A DNA stretch of 56,555 bases, from NCBI GenBank assembly GCA_011191985.1, contig DUEU01000062.1, positions 1 to 56,555 of the forward strand. The letters run 5' to 3'. Source of the DNA: Dehalococcoidia bacterium. GTDB taxonomy: Bacteria > Chloroflexota > Dehalococcoidia > Dehalococcoidales > W111. The notes under the pieces are model-generated. The model was not told where the DNA came from. It made no database searches and worked only from the letters and a program-made list of their open reading frames with translations. Below, piece after piece: positions 8,849 to 18,000 of the stretch. The number at the start of each line of letters is the position of its first letter. The first letter of the stretch is position 1. A program made the position numbers and the translations under genes.

Positions 8849-10528
8849 TCAATCAACTGGGGATAATTGCCCATTGCTCGGACATCTTTTTTCCTTAATA
8901 TGGACAGCATAATCACTATCAAAGAGTCGCATACTGCTCAGGACCGGATTGGGCAGCGTCCGGCCCAAACTGCATATACAGCCTATTTTCATGGCTTCAC
9001 CAAGCTCGGTCAGCATATCGAGGTCTTTAGGTTCGCCTTTGCCATCAGCAATATCCTGTAAAATATCGGACATCTGATAACTGCCCTCGCGGCAGAAAAC
9101 GCACTTGCCACAGGACTGTGTCTGGAGGTAAGAGATCACGTCCCTGGTCATTTCGACAGCACAGGAATCGCTGTCAAAGACCTCGACCGTCCCCGAACCG
9201 ATAATCGAACCGGCCTCTCTAACAGACTCGTAGTCAAGGCGTATGTCCAGAGAATCGGCGGCAAAATAAGCACCGGTCGGGCCACCAAACTGCACCGCTT
9301 TGATTTTTTTACCGTTGCTAACCCCACCCCCGATAGCGTCAATTATGCTCTTAAGGGTCGTACCAAACGTCACCTCGACAGTATATTTATGAACTACGTC
9401 GCCAGCCAGGGTAATAATCTTGGCCCCCCGGCTCTGTTCGGTACCGAAAGCGGCGTACCACTCCGCGTCATTTTGAAATATAGCGGATACATTGGCCATG
9501 GTCTCTAAATTATTGATCAAAGTAGGCTCTTCATAAAGACCGCTAACGGCCGGATACGGGGGGCGCACATAGGGCATTGCTTGCTTTCCTTCCAGGCAAC
9601 GGATGAGCGCCGTTTCTTCGCCGGCGACCAGAGACGACGGTACCTCCTTTATCTCTATTTCACAACTGAAATTTGAGCCCAGAATATTATCACCCAGAAG
9701 GCTGTATTCCCTCATTTGCTCCAATGCCTTATCGAGCCTTTTTATGGCTGCAATGTAATCGGCATTAACACAGATAACGCAACGCGAAGCGCCAACAGCG
9801 TACGCCCCAATCAGCATACCTTCCAGAACAGAATGAGGGTCTCCCTCCAGAATCAGTCGAGCGGTAAGCGCCTGTGGGTCAGTATCTACCGCGTTACAGA
9901 TTACCCATTTTGGGCTCCCCTCGGCATCACGACATAATTTCCATTTTTCTGCTACCGGATAGCCAGCACCACCCCGCCCCCTTAACCCCGACTTGTTTAT
10001 TTCCTCAATAACATCGCTTTGACCCATCAACATCGCCCGGCTGAGTCCGCCGTAGCCCTTCCCGCACAAAATGTAATGGTTAATATTCTCAGGGTCAATG
10101 TAGCCGCAATTGCGTAGAGCGATCCTGTTTTGCAGGTTGAACAGTGGCAGAGCCGAGATACTCGTAATATCGTCTATTTCGTCTCTGCCCGTACTGCCCA
10201 GGGCCATATCCGGTCTCGGGTTGTCATTAATCAGATAATCGTTAACCAGCTCGGCGGCCGTTTCTGGGGTAACATTGTGGTATAAGATAGTCGACTTACC
10301 CGGCTTATCGACCAGAACCAGTGGTTCGAGGTCGTAGTAACCGAAAGAACCGGTGGCGATAACATTTGCTTTTACACCCCGTTTGTCAAGTTCGGCTTGA
10401 AAACATTGGAATACACTGGCCGCGGTGATATTATCTGCTGACGCTACGACATAGAGCTTCAGGCAATCTCCATCATTAAGATGATCACTCTCAGACGCGG
10501 CGGCGGCGCCAATTTGCTTGAAATCCAT
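8849..10528 (-). CDS. NuoF/HydB-like NAD(P)H-binding FMN iron-sulfur flavoprotein
   Basis: 559 aa. Motifs: GLRGRGGAGYPVAEKWK (FMN site), VAGEETALIRCLEGKQAMPYVRPPYPAVSGLYEEPTLINNLET, SCGKCVFCREG (N3-type 4Fe-4S). The N-terminal roughly 100 aa resemble a thioredoxin-like 2Fe-2S domain but lack the Cys ligands. Confidence 0.85.
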   Translation of the reverse strand: MDFKQIGAAAASESDHLNDGDCLKLYVVASADNITAASVFQCFQAELDKRGVKANVIATGSFGYYDLEPLVLVDKPGKSTILYHNVTPETAAELVNDYLINDNPRPDMALGSTGRDEIDDITSISALPLFNLQNRIALRNCGYIDPENINHYILCGKGYGGLSRAMLMGQSDVIEEINKSGLRGRGGAGYPVAEKWKLCRDAEGSPKWVICNAVDTDPQALTARLILEGDPHSVLEGMLIGAYAVGASRCVICVNADYIAAIKRLDKALEQMREYSLLGDNILGSNFSCEIEIKEVPSSLVAGEETALIRCLEGKQAMPYVRPPYPAVSGLYEEPTLINNLETMANVSAIFQNDAEWYAAFGTEQSRGAKIITLAGDVVHKYTVEVTFGTTLKSIIDAIGGGVSNGKKIKAVQFGGPTGAYFAADSLDIRLDYESVREAGSIIGSGTVEVFDSDSCAVEMTRDVISYLQTQSCGKCVFCREGSYQMSDILQDIADGKGEPKDLDMLTELGEAMKIGCICSLGRTLPNPVLSSMRLFDSDYAVHIKEKRCPSNGQLSPVD

Positions 10529-10685
10529 TGGCCCTCTTCTATCCCCAATTCTGACTGCTCAGCCCGGTGGCCCCACCAAATACGATTTTAGCATCACGGC
10601 TGGTGACGTGCAACCAGACGTGCCGACAGATATAAAGAACCGCTTGAAGATATATATGTCCCCTTTTTTAGAAAACGCTCCGCGT

Positions 10686-10715
10686 TTGACATTTTTCAGC
10701 GTGTTGTTGTAGACT
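10686..10715 (+). promoter_or_regulatory. Candidate sigma70-type promoter for the plus-strand CoA-transferase operon
   Basis: TTGACA (10686-10691), an 18-nt spacer, then TAGACT (10710-10715). It lies about 130 nt upstream of the ATG at 10845. Confidence 0.35.
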
Positions 10716-10844
10716 TTGGCCAACCATTTTTAAATAACCAGCCCCTACCCGTATATGAGTACTATGCACGGTTTGGCTGGGCATAGGTTTAGGCGCAAGC
10801 CACTCTTCCGGGGAGGTGACACCGTAGTCGGAAAAGCCGAAGGT

Positions 10845-12104
10845 ATGCTTAGTCAATATCGAGTCCTTGATTTGACCGATGAACACGGGTTCCTCTGTGG
10901 CAAATTACTAGGCGATCTAGGCGCCGACGTTATAAAAATCGAGAAACCCGGCGGAGACCCGGGCCGGAGAATTGGGCCATTTTACCATGATATCCCTGAC
11001 CCGGAGAAGAGCCTGTACTGGTGGGCTTTCAATACCAGCAAGAGGGGCATAACCCTTGATATTGAAACAGCCGACGGGCGGGAAATCTTCAACAGGCTGT
11101 CCAGAACCGCCGATGTAATTATAGAGTCTTTTAAACCGGGGTATATGGAGGGTCTGGGTTTAGGCTATGCTGCGCTCAGCCAGATTAACCCCCGTCTCGT
11201 GATGACCTCTATCACCGGCTTCGGGCAGACCGGACCGTATAGCAACTACAAAGCACCCGATATCGTACTATGGGCCCTGTCCGGTAACGCCTACATAACT
11301 GGTGATGACGACCGGCCCCCACTGGCCCCCAGTTTCCCCATCGCCCATTTTTTTGGTGCCATGGAGGCGGCCATTGGCATACTAGTGGCCCTTTATCAAT
11401 GCGGCATTACCGGCGAAGGACAGCAGGTCAATGTCCCAGCCCAAGCCGGCCTTGCCTGGGCTACGGGGCCAGAGGTCCAGGGACTATGGGATGTGGATAA
11501 AAATATCGTCCGGCGTTCCGGCAGGCTATGGCGCCGCTACCGGCCCGGAACAGACGATAAAGTAGATTATGTCAGTATCCCCTTAATATACCCGTGTAAG
11601 GATGGTGCGGTCAGGTTTTTCCCTTTTGTTCAAATCGGCATGCTGCCCAGTGTCCGGGCACTGACACAATGGGTGATAGACGAAGGCATGGCCAACAAGG
11701 CCCTCAAGCAGGTTGAGTGGAGCGAGGTGGACTGGCAAAAGATTGATCAGAAAACAGTAGACGAAATCACCGAGAGCTTTGGCAAATTCTTTATGACCCA
11801 TACCAAGGCCGAGCTATGGGAGGGCGCCCAGAAGATGGGCATCCAGCTGTATCCCTTATTCACTCCCGGAGATATGCTCGGGTTCGAACAACTTACTATC
11901 AGAGAATACTGGACAGAGATTGAACACCCTGAACTGGGTACCAGTGTTACCTATCCCGGCGCTTTCGCCAAAATGAGAGAAGCCCCCTGCGAAGTACGTT
12001 GCCGAGCGCCGCTCATTGGCGAACATAATGAAGAAATCTACCTAGGGGAACTAGGCATTTCCAGAGAGGAACTTCTATTACTAAAACAGGCTAGGGTTAT
12101 TTAA
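10845..12104 (+). CDS. Family III CoA-transferase
   Basis: The ORF is open from 10755, but the family-typical N-terminus begins at the ATG at 10845 (MLSQYRVLDLTDEHGFLCGKLLGDLGADVIKIEKPGGDPGRR). The upstream 30 aa are Arg/Gly-rich and unlike this family. Confidence 0.8.
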   Translation: MLSQYRVLDLTDEHGFLCGKLLGDLGADVIKIEKPGGDPGRRIGPFYHDIPDPEKSLYWWAFNTSKRGITLDIETADGREIFNRLSRTADVIIESFKPGYMEGLGLGYAALSQINPRLVMTSITGFGQTGPYSNYKAPDIVLWALSGNAYITGDDDRPPLAPSFPIAHFFGAMEAAIGILVALYQCGITGEGQQVNVPAQAGLAWATGPEVQGLWDVDKNIVRRSGRLWRRYRPGTDDKVDYVSIPLIYPCKDGAVRFFPFVQIGMLPSVRALTQWVIDEGMANKALKQVEWSEVDWQKIDQKTVDEITESFGKFFMTHTKAELWEGAQKMGIQLYPLFTPGDMLGFEQLTIREYWTEIEHPELGTSVTYPGAFAKMREAPCEVRCRAPLIGEHNEEIYLGELGISREELLLLKQARVI

Positions 12105-12125
12105 CCATACGAAGGGAAGAGAAAC

Positions 12126-13334
12126 ATGGCCAATCTGCCTTTTGAAGGCGTGAAAGCTTTAGATTTAACCGAAGGCGGAGTGGGGCCTTATACCAGTAGC
12201 TGCCTCGCTTTCTTCGGTGCGACACTGATTAAGATAGAGTCGCCAAATCGACCGGACAGTCTGAGAAGTATGCCACCATTTAAGAATGGTGTACTGGGGC
12301 ATAGTTATTACTTTGCCTACCCCCTGAGTTCCAAGAGGCTTGCTATAACCCTAGACCTGAACCATCCTAAAGGTCTTGAGCTGGGTAAGAGGCTGGTAGC
12401 CTGGTCTGATGTTATTATTGACAGCTATACCGGTGGTACCATGGAGAAGTGGGGGCTTGACTATGATAACCTGAAGAAGATAAAACCGGATATCATAATG
12501 TTGCGCACCTGTATGCACGGCCATAGCGGACCGCTGGCCGGGCATCATGGCCAGGGCTTTATCCTGACGGCCCTCTCCGGATTTGATAATATCGTCAGTT
12601 GGCCCGACCGGCCACCAGCCGGCCTGTATGGTGCTTTCACCGACCACGTTGCCCCTCTTTTTAATGTAGTCAGCCTCTTCGCCGCCCTCGATTACCGTCG
12701 CAGAACGGGCAAAGGGCAGTACATCGACCAGTCCCAGCACGAATCAGCTCTGCAATGGATAGCGCCACTTATCCTTGACTGGACGATAAACCAGCGGGAG
12801 CCGGTTGCCAACGGCAATCGCTGTGCTTATGCGGCGCCCCACGGGATCTATCGCTGCCAGGGTGATGACCGATGGTGTGCTATTGCGGTGTTCCCCGACG
12901 ACGAATGGGAAAGCTTCTGTAGAGTTATCGAGAAGCCAGCGATGGCTAAAGAGCCTAAATTCGCCACGCTATTAAACCGAAAGCAAAACGAGGATGAGCT
13001 TGATAATATTGTGGGTGAGTGGACAATAAAACATACCCCGGAAGAGGTGATGCATCTGATGCAGGCCGCTGGGGTGGCCGCCGGGGTAGTATCAAACTCC
13101 AAAGACGTGGCCGAAGACCCGCAACTGATCCATAATCACTTTTTCCACGAGTTAGACCATCCCGAGATGGGTAAGTGTTCATTCTATCACGGGCCTCTCT
13201 TTGAACTATCCAAGACATCTTACGAACTGGGGCGCCCTCCGCTACTCGGCGAAAGTAACGAATACGTATACACTAAGATTCTTGGCCTCTCCGACGAAGA
13301 GTGGGTTGAGTTAATAACGGAAGGCGTCATCTGA
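12126..13334 (+). CDS. Family III CoA-transferase (third paralogue)
   Basis: 402 aa. Signature VKALDLTEGGVGPYTSSCLAFFGATLIKIESPNRPDSLR. It starts 21 nt after the previous gene. Confidence 0.8.
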   Translation: MANLPFEGVKALDLTEGGVGPYTSSCLAFFGATLIKIESPNRPDSLRSMPPFKNGVLGHSYYFAYPLSSKRLAITLDLNHPKGLELGKRLVAWSDVIIDSYTGGTMEKWGLDYDNLKKIKPDIIMLRTCMHGHSGPLAGHHGQGFILTALSGFDNIVSWPDRPPAGLYGAFTDHVAPLFNVVSLFAALDYRRRTGKGQYIDQSQHESALQWIAPLILDWTINQREPVANGNRCAYAAPHGIYRCQGDDRWCAIAVFPDDEWESFCRVIEKPAMAKEPKFATLLNRKQNEDELDNIVGEWTIKHTPEEVMHLMQAAGVAAGVVSNSKDVAEDPQLIHNHFFHELDHPEMGKCSFYHGPLFELSKTSYELGRPPLLGESNEYVYTKILGLSDEEWVELITEGVI

Positions 13335-13452
13335 TAGAGAAAGTCGGATAGACCATCAGTTTCCGGCGGGGAGACGGCATTACCTTAGTGTTCATTTCGC
13401 GTATATCTAGATAAAATCGCTTAACTAATACAACGCTTACTGGAGGATGAAA

Positions 13453-13944
13453 ATGGGCATAAAAGTACTGGAAGCAAAAAAGCAGCATCTCGATTACGAC
13501 GATTATGAAGTCGGCGACGAATTTGTTACCGCCATGATAACAATTACCGAGACCCATCTGGTGATGTTTTCCTCGCTTTTCGGTGACCTCAATATGGGAC
13601 ATACCTGTGACCATTTCACCAAAGATATTACTGAAGGTATAGCGGCAGGACGCAAGGTTGTGCACGGCCACCTTGTTATGGTAATGGCCTGCGGACTGTT
13701 CGCCCGTATGGGTGTAATGCTGTACACCAAGCAAGGTGCCTACCTGGGTATGCCGGACTGGCGGATCAAACGTCCCGCTCATGTGGGGGATTCGATTAGC
13801 GCCAAGTTCAAGGTTATGGAAAAACAGGTGCATGACACCAAGCCGGAATGGGGCAAGATTAGATTTGCCATGACTGTCTATAATCAAGATGGTGAAGTCC
13901 TGCAAACGGGAGAGCACCTGCATTATTTCTGGCTGGGGAAATAG
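13453..13944 (+). CDS. MaoC-like hot-dog fold (R)-specific enoyl-CoA hydratase/dehydratase
   Basis: Motif FSSLFGDLNMGHTCDHF...VVHGHLVM resembles the MaoC D-x-N-x-x-H hydratase motif. GGAGG (13442-13446) is optimally spaced for the ATG at 13453; the ORF-track start at 13447 abuts the SD. Confidence 0.7.
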   Translation: MGIKVLEAKKQHLDYDDYEVGDEFVTAMITITETHLVMFSSLFGDLNMGHTCDHFTKDITEGIAAGRKVVHGHLVMVMACGLFARMGVMLYTKQGAYLGMPDWRIKRPAHVGDSISAKFKVMEKQVHDTKPEWGKIRFAMTVYNQDGEVLQTGEHLHYFWLGK

Positions 13945-14071
13945 TAAACAGCCCCCCGACGAGGTCTATGAGTTTTTCAGTCGTATTGTGGACAAAGTGC
14001 CGACACAGGGCACTGCCGAGCCGCCTTTTGGTTTTCATATCACCCCAAGCTGCGAGGGCCAACTGCTCATA

Positions 14072-14959
14072 TTAGTCAGAGGTGTCTCTAACCAGTTCCA
14101 GAAGCAAGGACAACATCAGCTTCAGTGATCTTTCTTCGATTTTGGCCGCGCTATCGCCGTGGCTATGAATATAGCTCAGTGGCTCCGGCAATAGCGGCCG
14201 CTTTCCGATGAGAAGCCGGGCGAAGCTCATTGTGGCCAGCATTTCTTCCAGTATCGGTATTTGACCCGAGGGCAAAAGCGATAGCGTCACCGCGTTGGCA
14301 AAACCTCGGAGACGGAACGATAGATGGTCACTACTAAAAAGCTGCCAGGGTATGTGAGCACTCCGAAAAGGCACCCCCAGTCTCGAGGCAGCTGCCTGAG
14401 CCTGCTTGACCGCAGCCAGGTCAATCTCTCTCTTTTTTACTGGCCATATGCCAAGGAAATCCCCCTGGCCACAAAATTCCAGGTTGTACACGGCGGCTAC
14501 GTTCTGGAGTTCCTCCTTCCATACGTAAAACAGAGAGCCGAGGAGGCCTAAACTAAGCAGCGGGGTGCGAAACCAGCACTCTTCACGGTCAAAAAACACC
14601 ACTCTTACCGGTCTCGGTACCCGGCATAACTGGTCACACAGGCCCAGGAGCACCGCCACCCCCGAGGCATTATCATTGGCCCCGGGGCTGCCCTTCACGA
14701 CATCGTAATGGGCTGAGAAAAGAAGACGTTTATCGGTTGAATCAGGCATGAAGTCAACTATGACATTCCTTATCCGCGGCCATCGGCATGACTGGATAAA
14801 GGGTTTTAACCCTATAGATTTGAGAGTAGTGATTACCTTTTCACCACGAGCAGCGCTGTCCCGACCCTCCAGAGCACGGACACACTCTATTAACGATATC
14901 AAGTCGCTACCGGGAGTACCCATCAGGGTCATTGTAAGTGGGCTTTGACCAAGAAGCAA
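14072..14959 (-). CDS. M28-family metallopeptidase (aminopeptidase-like)
   Basis: 295 aa. Motif FSAHYDVVKGSPGANDNASGVAVLLGL is typical of Zn-binding M28 peptidases. The start is uncertain: TTG at 14959, or internal ATGs at 14932 and 14923. Confidence 0.7.
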   Translation of the reverse strand: MLLGQSPLTMTLMGTPGSDLISLIECVRALEGRDSAARGEKVITTLKSIGLKPFIQSCRWPRIRNVIVDFMPDSTDKRLLFSAHYDVVKGSPGANDNASGVAVLLGLCDQLCRVPRPVRVVFFDREECWFRTPLLSLGLLGSLFYVWKEELQNVAAVYNLEFCGQGDFLGIWPVKKREIDLAAVKQAQAAASRLGVPFRSAHIPWQLFSSDHLSFRLRGFANAVTLSLLPSGQIPILEEMLATMSFARLLIGKRPLLPEPLSYIHSHGDSAAKIEERSLKLMLSLLLELVRDTSD

Positions 14960-15011
14960 GCATTTCGACTACCGGATTTTTCTCCGCCGGGATTATACGG
15001 GCTATCTTCAA

Positions 15012-18000
15012 TTAACTGGAGAAATTAATGATGGCGACATCGGAGCCGGTGTTCAAAGTCACGGGGTCAGTGCGAAAAGCGAGGAAGATATAGACTATGT
15101 TCCAGATATCAATGCCACTATCCAGTTTAAGCGTGGCCGAAGTATCACCTTGGTTAATTACCGGCTCTTCAATCCAGAAGGCATCAATGTCTATGCCCTC
15201 ACCCGAACCGGAACCTTCAATGCCTGGAACACTTGATATCCCGTTCCAGACGTTGTCCTGCGGGTTAAGTCCGTCCGGGTCATCATAGGGATCATCATAG
15301 GGGGAGCCGGTACGGGGCAGTTTGTAGCCATTAAGTTCTATGTAGTCCCCTTCCGGTGCATGCGAGTTGGCAGCGTAATGCGGGTCACCCTCGCCAATAA
15401 AGCAGGTCATAACGCCATCAAAGTCCGCCGGGGCCAGGAAACCACCGATATCAAATTCAAGGTAGCCAGCCGGGAAATTATCGGCGTAGTTACCTACATT
15501 AGTATAGTCATCATAGAGAAAGAGCTGGCGGGCATCCTCATCGGGGTGGGAGTAGATAACAATCAGAGACCAGGCGGCATGGGACCACTCGTCACCAAGG
15601 TCGGCCTCGGTAACAAAGCGATTGCTATCCAAAAGGCCGAGGGTATACTCGCCGTTGGTGGTCTGACTACCCGGTTCACCAATGATAACCGAAGTGGAAC
15701 CGTATTCGATTTTGACCATGCCATCGCTACAGGTGATATTGACCTCGTAACTCCGGTCATCGGCAGCCCCGCTAATGGTATCCGAAGGGTTAGCGCTGTT
15801 GTACCAGATGTCCTCCAATGTATCCCCGGGGGCGACGGTGGTTCCATCAATGGTAATATTGTTTTGAGGGCCAGGCGGTGCATTTGGGGTATTATTGGTG
15901 ATATCAATGGTAGCCGCGGTGGTAATTTTGGTAACGGTGGCCTCAGGGGGATTCTCGACGGTACTCAGGGTAATATCAATAGAAGCAGGGTCCACTGTCC
16001 ACGAATAACTGTCTATTACCGTGCCATCCACGGTGCCTTCATCGTTACTGCCGGTAACCTCAAGCCGGACAACATAATCGCCGGCGACATCGCCGGAAGT
16101 GAGCTGCGCCTCGCCCTGAATGCCAAAATCGTCGTAATCACCAACCGAGATAGTCTGTCCATCAAACGTTACGTAGCCGCCAGCGGGGCCACTCAGTACG
16201 GTAACCCTCAGGTCTAGGTCATAGCCGCCGGTATTTCTAACGGTAACACTGTCCAGCGCCGTACTCGGACTGAGGGTGATATCGGCCGATTGCTCTGGTT
16301 GGAGCATTGAGGTCACATTCTTGAAACAGGAGAAGCTCCAGCCGTGATTACCCCCACCGCTGGCCTTGTTGGGCAGCGCCTGCACCCTGTCAGCCGTTGC
16401 GGGCGTGCCGTTGAAGACCACCTGGTTCACCATCGGCCCCAGGTCAGCCACGGTGTAACCGGTGACATCCCACGGGGTATTCCGCCAGCCGCTCCAGTAG
16501 AGATAGGCCATCTCCACCTCGGCACCGTCCGGTATGGCATTGCCGTGGCTGCTATCAATAAAGGCGTTGCTCTGGGTGTGAAGTTCATCCCTGCGGACGG
16601 GGTCGCCCCTTATCAGGCTGTTACCAATAGCCCGGGCGTCACCGAACACCTGGTTAACCCGGCCGGTCAGTTTGGAAGTATTAATATACCCTTGAACCGC
16701 GGTGCGGGTTCCCATAGTCTGGTCAGTGGCAACAGAAACAACCTCATAGGCCCGGCTCGCCGTGTCCCAGGAAAGATATATGTCATTGCGCGTGGTGCGT
16801 ATCCAGGCAAAGATGCCACTCGGCTCTGCGGCTGGACTGAACCGGAAGGTTACCATTCTCTTTATCGGGAACTCATCTGTGGGCTGTGAACCTCCGCCTA
16901 TTGAGGACGGCCTAGGCAGTTCCTCAAAAGAAGGGCAAGGAGTTGGGATATCCCAGGTCAGGGCTGTGCCGCCATGATGGGCAGTCTGGGTAGGCTCGGC
17001 CGATACGGGGACCCCGGCCGTGAGATGGTCTGCGGCAACCGTGCCGTCATACCCCCGGATGCAGTCCTCGAAGACATCGCTATCTTTGCTGTCATAGTAG
17101 ATTAACTCATCCTCAATAGCCAGTACCCCGGAATCGGGGAACAGTAATGTGCTGGCAACAGGAATAGAAGTAGCTGCACTGAATATGGGGTCATCAAGCT
17201 CGGTAGCTACATTACTTGACCCGGGTACATAATCAAAACCGGATGGCAGCCAGGCACCGACACGGTCAATCTTAATGACGCCATGTGAGTTATCGTAGGT
17301 CATGTCCGTCTTGTAGGTAACCTCATTGGCAGTAACAGTTCTACCGGCGGCGTGAGTAGCCGCCAAAGTATCATCAAAGCCACGGGTGCAGCCGGTGAAT
17401 TCAGTGGCCGTTACCCCCGTATACTGGACAAGTTCTTCCTCAATACGTATTACCCGGGGGCTGTCGGCAGAGGCCGGCAGGAAAAGGACAGTGCTGGCTA
17501 CCGGGATAGTTGTATCGTCTTCGTCAATGTCGCCGCTTAGCTGGGTGGTTGTCATATCCATCATGTGACCGATAACCACCAGCGCCGCGTTTGGCTCAGT
17601 CCCATTCGTATCCGTTTCCAAACCAGTGAGGACCCATCGGTTTTTAATGGAAATACCCACATCACTGCCGTTAATATTTTCTATGCCGTATTCCCACGTA
17701 TCATCCACCGATTCGGGTAGATTTACCGTAACCAATGCGCCTGAGTCGTGGCTGGCGGCATGGCTACTACCATATCCCCGGTCACAGCCGGTAAATTCCG
17801 TATCGGTCTTACTACTATAGTAAATAAGCTCAGTGCCTATTTGAAAAACGCCTCTTTCCGGAAAGACTGCGCTACTATCCACACTGAGGGTCGTATCATG
17901 GATATCGATATCAGCGGCTAACTGGGTGGTTGCTGAATAATCGGACTTAATCTTATGCAGAGCATCCTCCAGTCCGCTGTCAGCAGCATAAAACTCCTGC

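Noticed and set aside
10755-10844. The 30-aa N-terminal extension of the second CoA-transferase ORF.
   Set aside because: Family-III transferases start close to the (V/L)LDL...LGDLGADVIK motif. The extension is basic and low-complexity. The start remains somewhat uncertain because the SD before 10845 is weak.
13327-13923. A 198-aa minus-strand ORF. The same judgement applies to other long antisense ORFs: 27386..27979, 33785..34387, 48110..48622, 49263..49874 and 50910..51449.
   Set aside because: Each fully overlaps a motif-supported gene on the other strand and shows no family signature. I treat them as shadow ORFs.
15360-16217. A 285-aa plus-strand ORF inside the giant surface-protein gene.
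   Set aside because: It is antisense to a gene with clear repeat and domain structure. The product is a low-complexity Gly/Ile/Arg-rich sequence, and there is no RBS.
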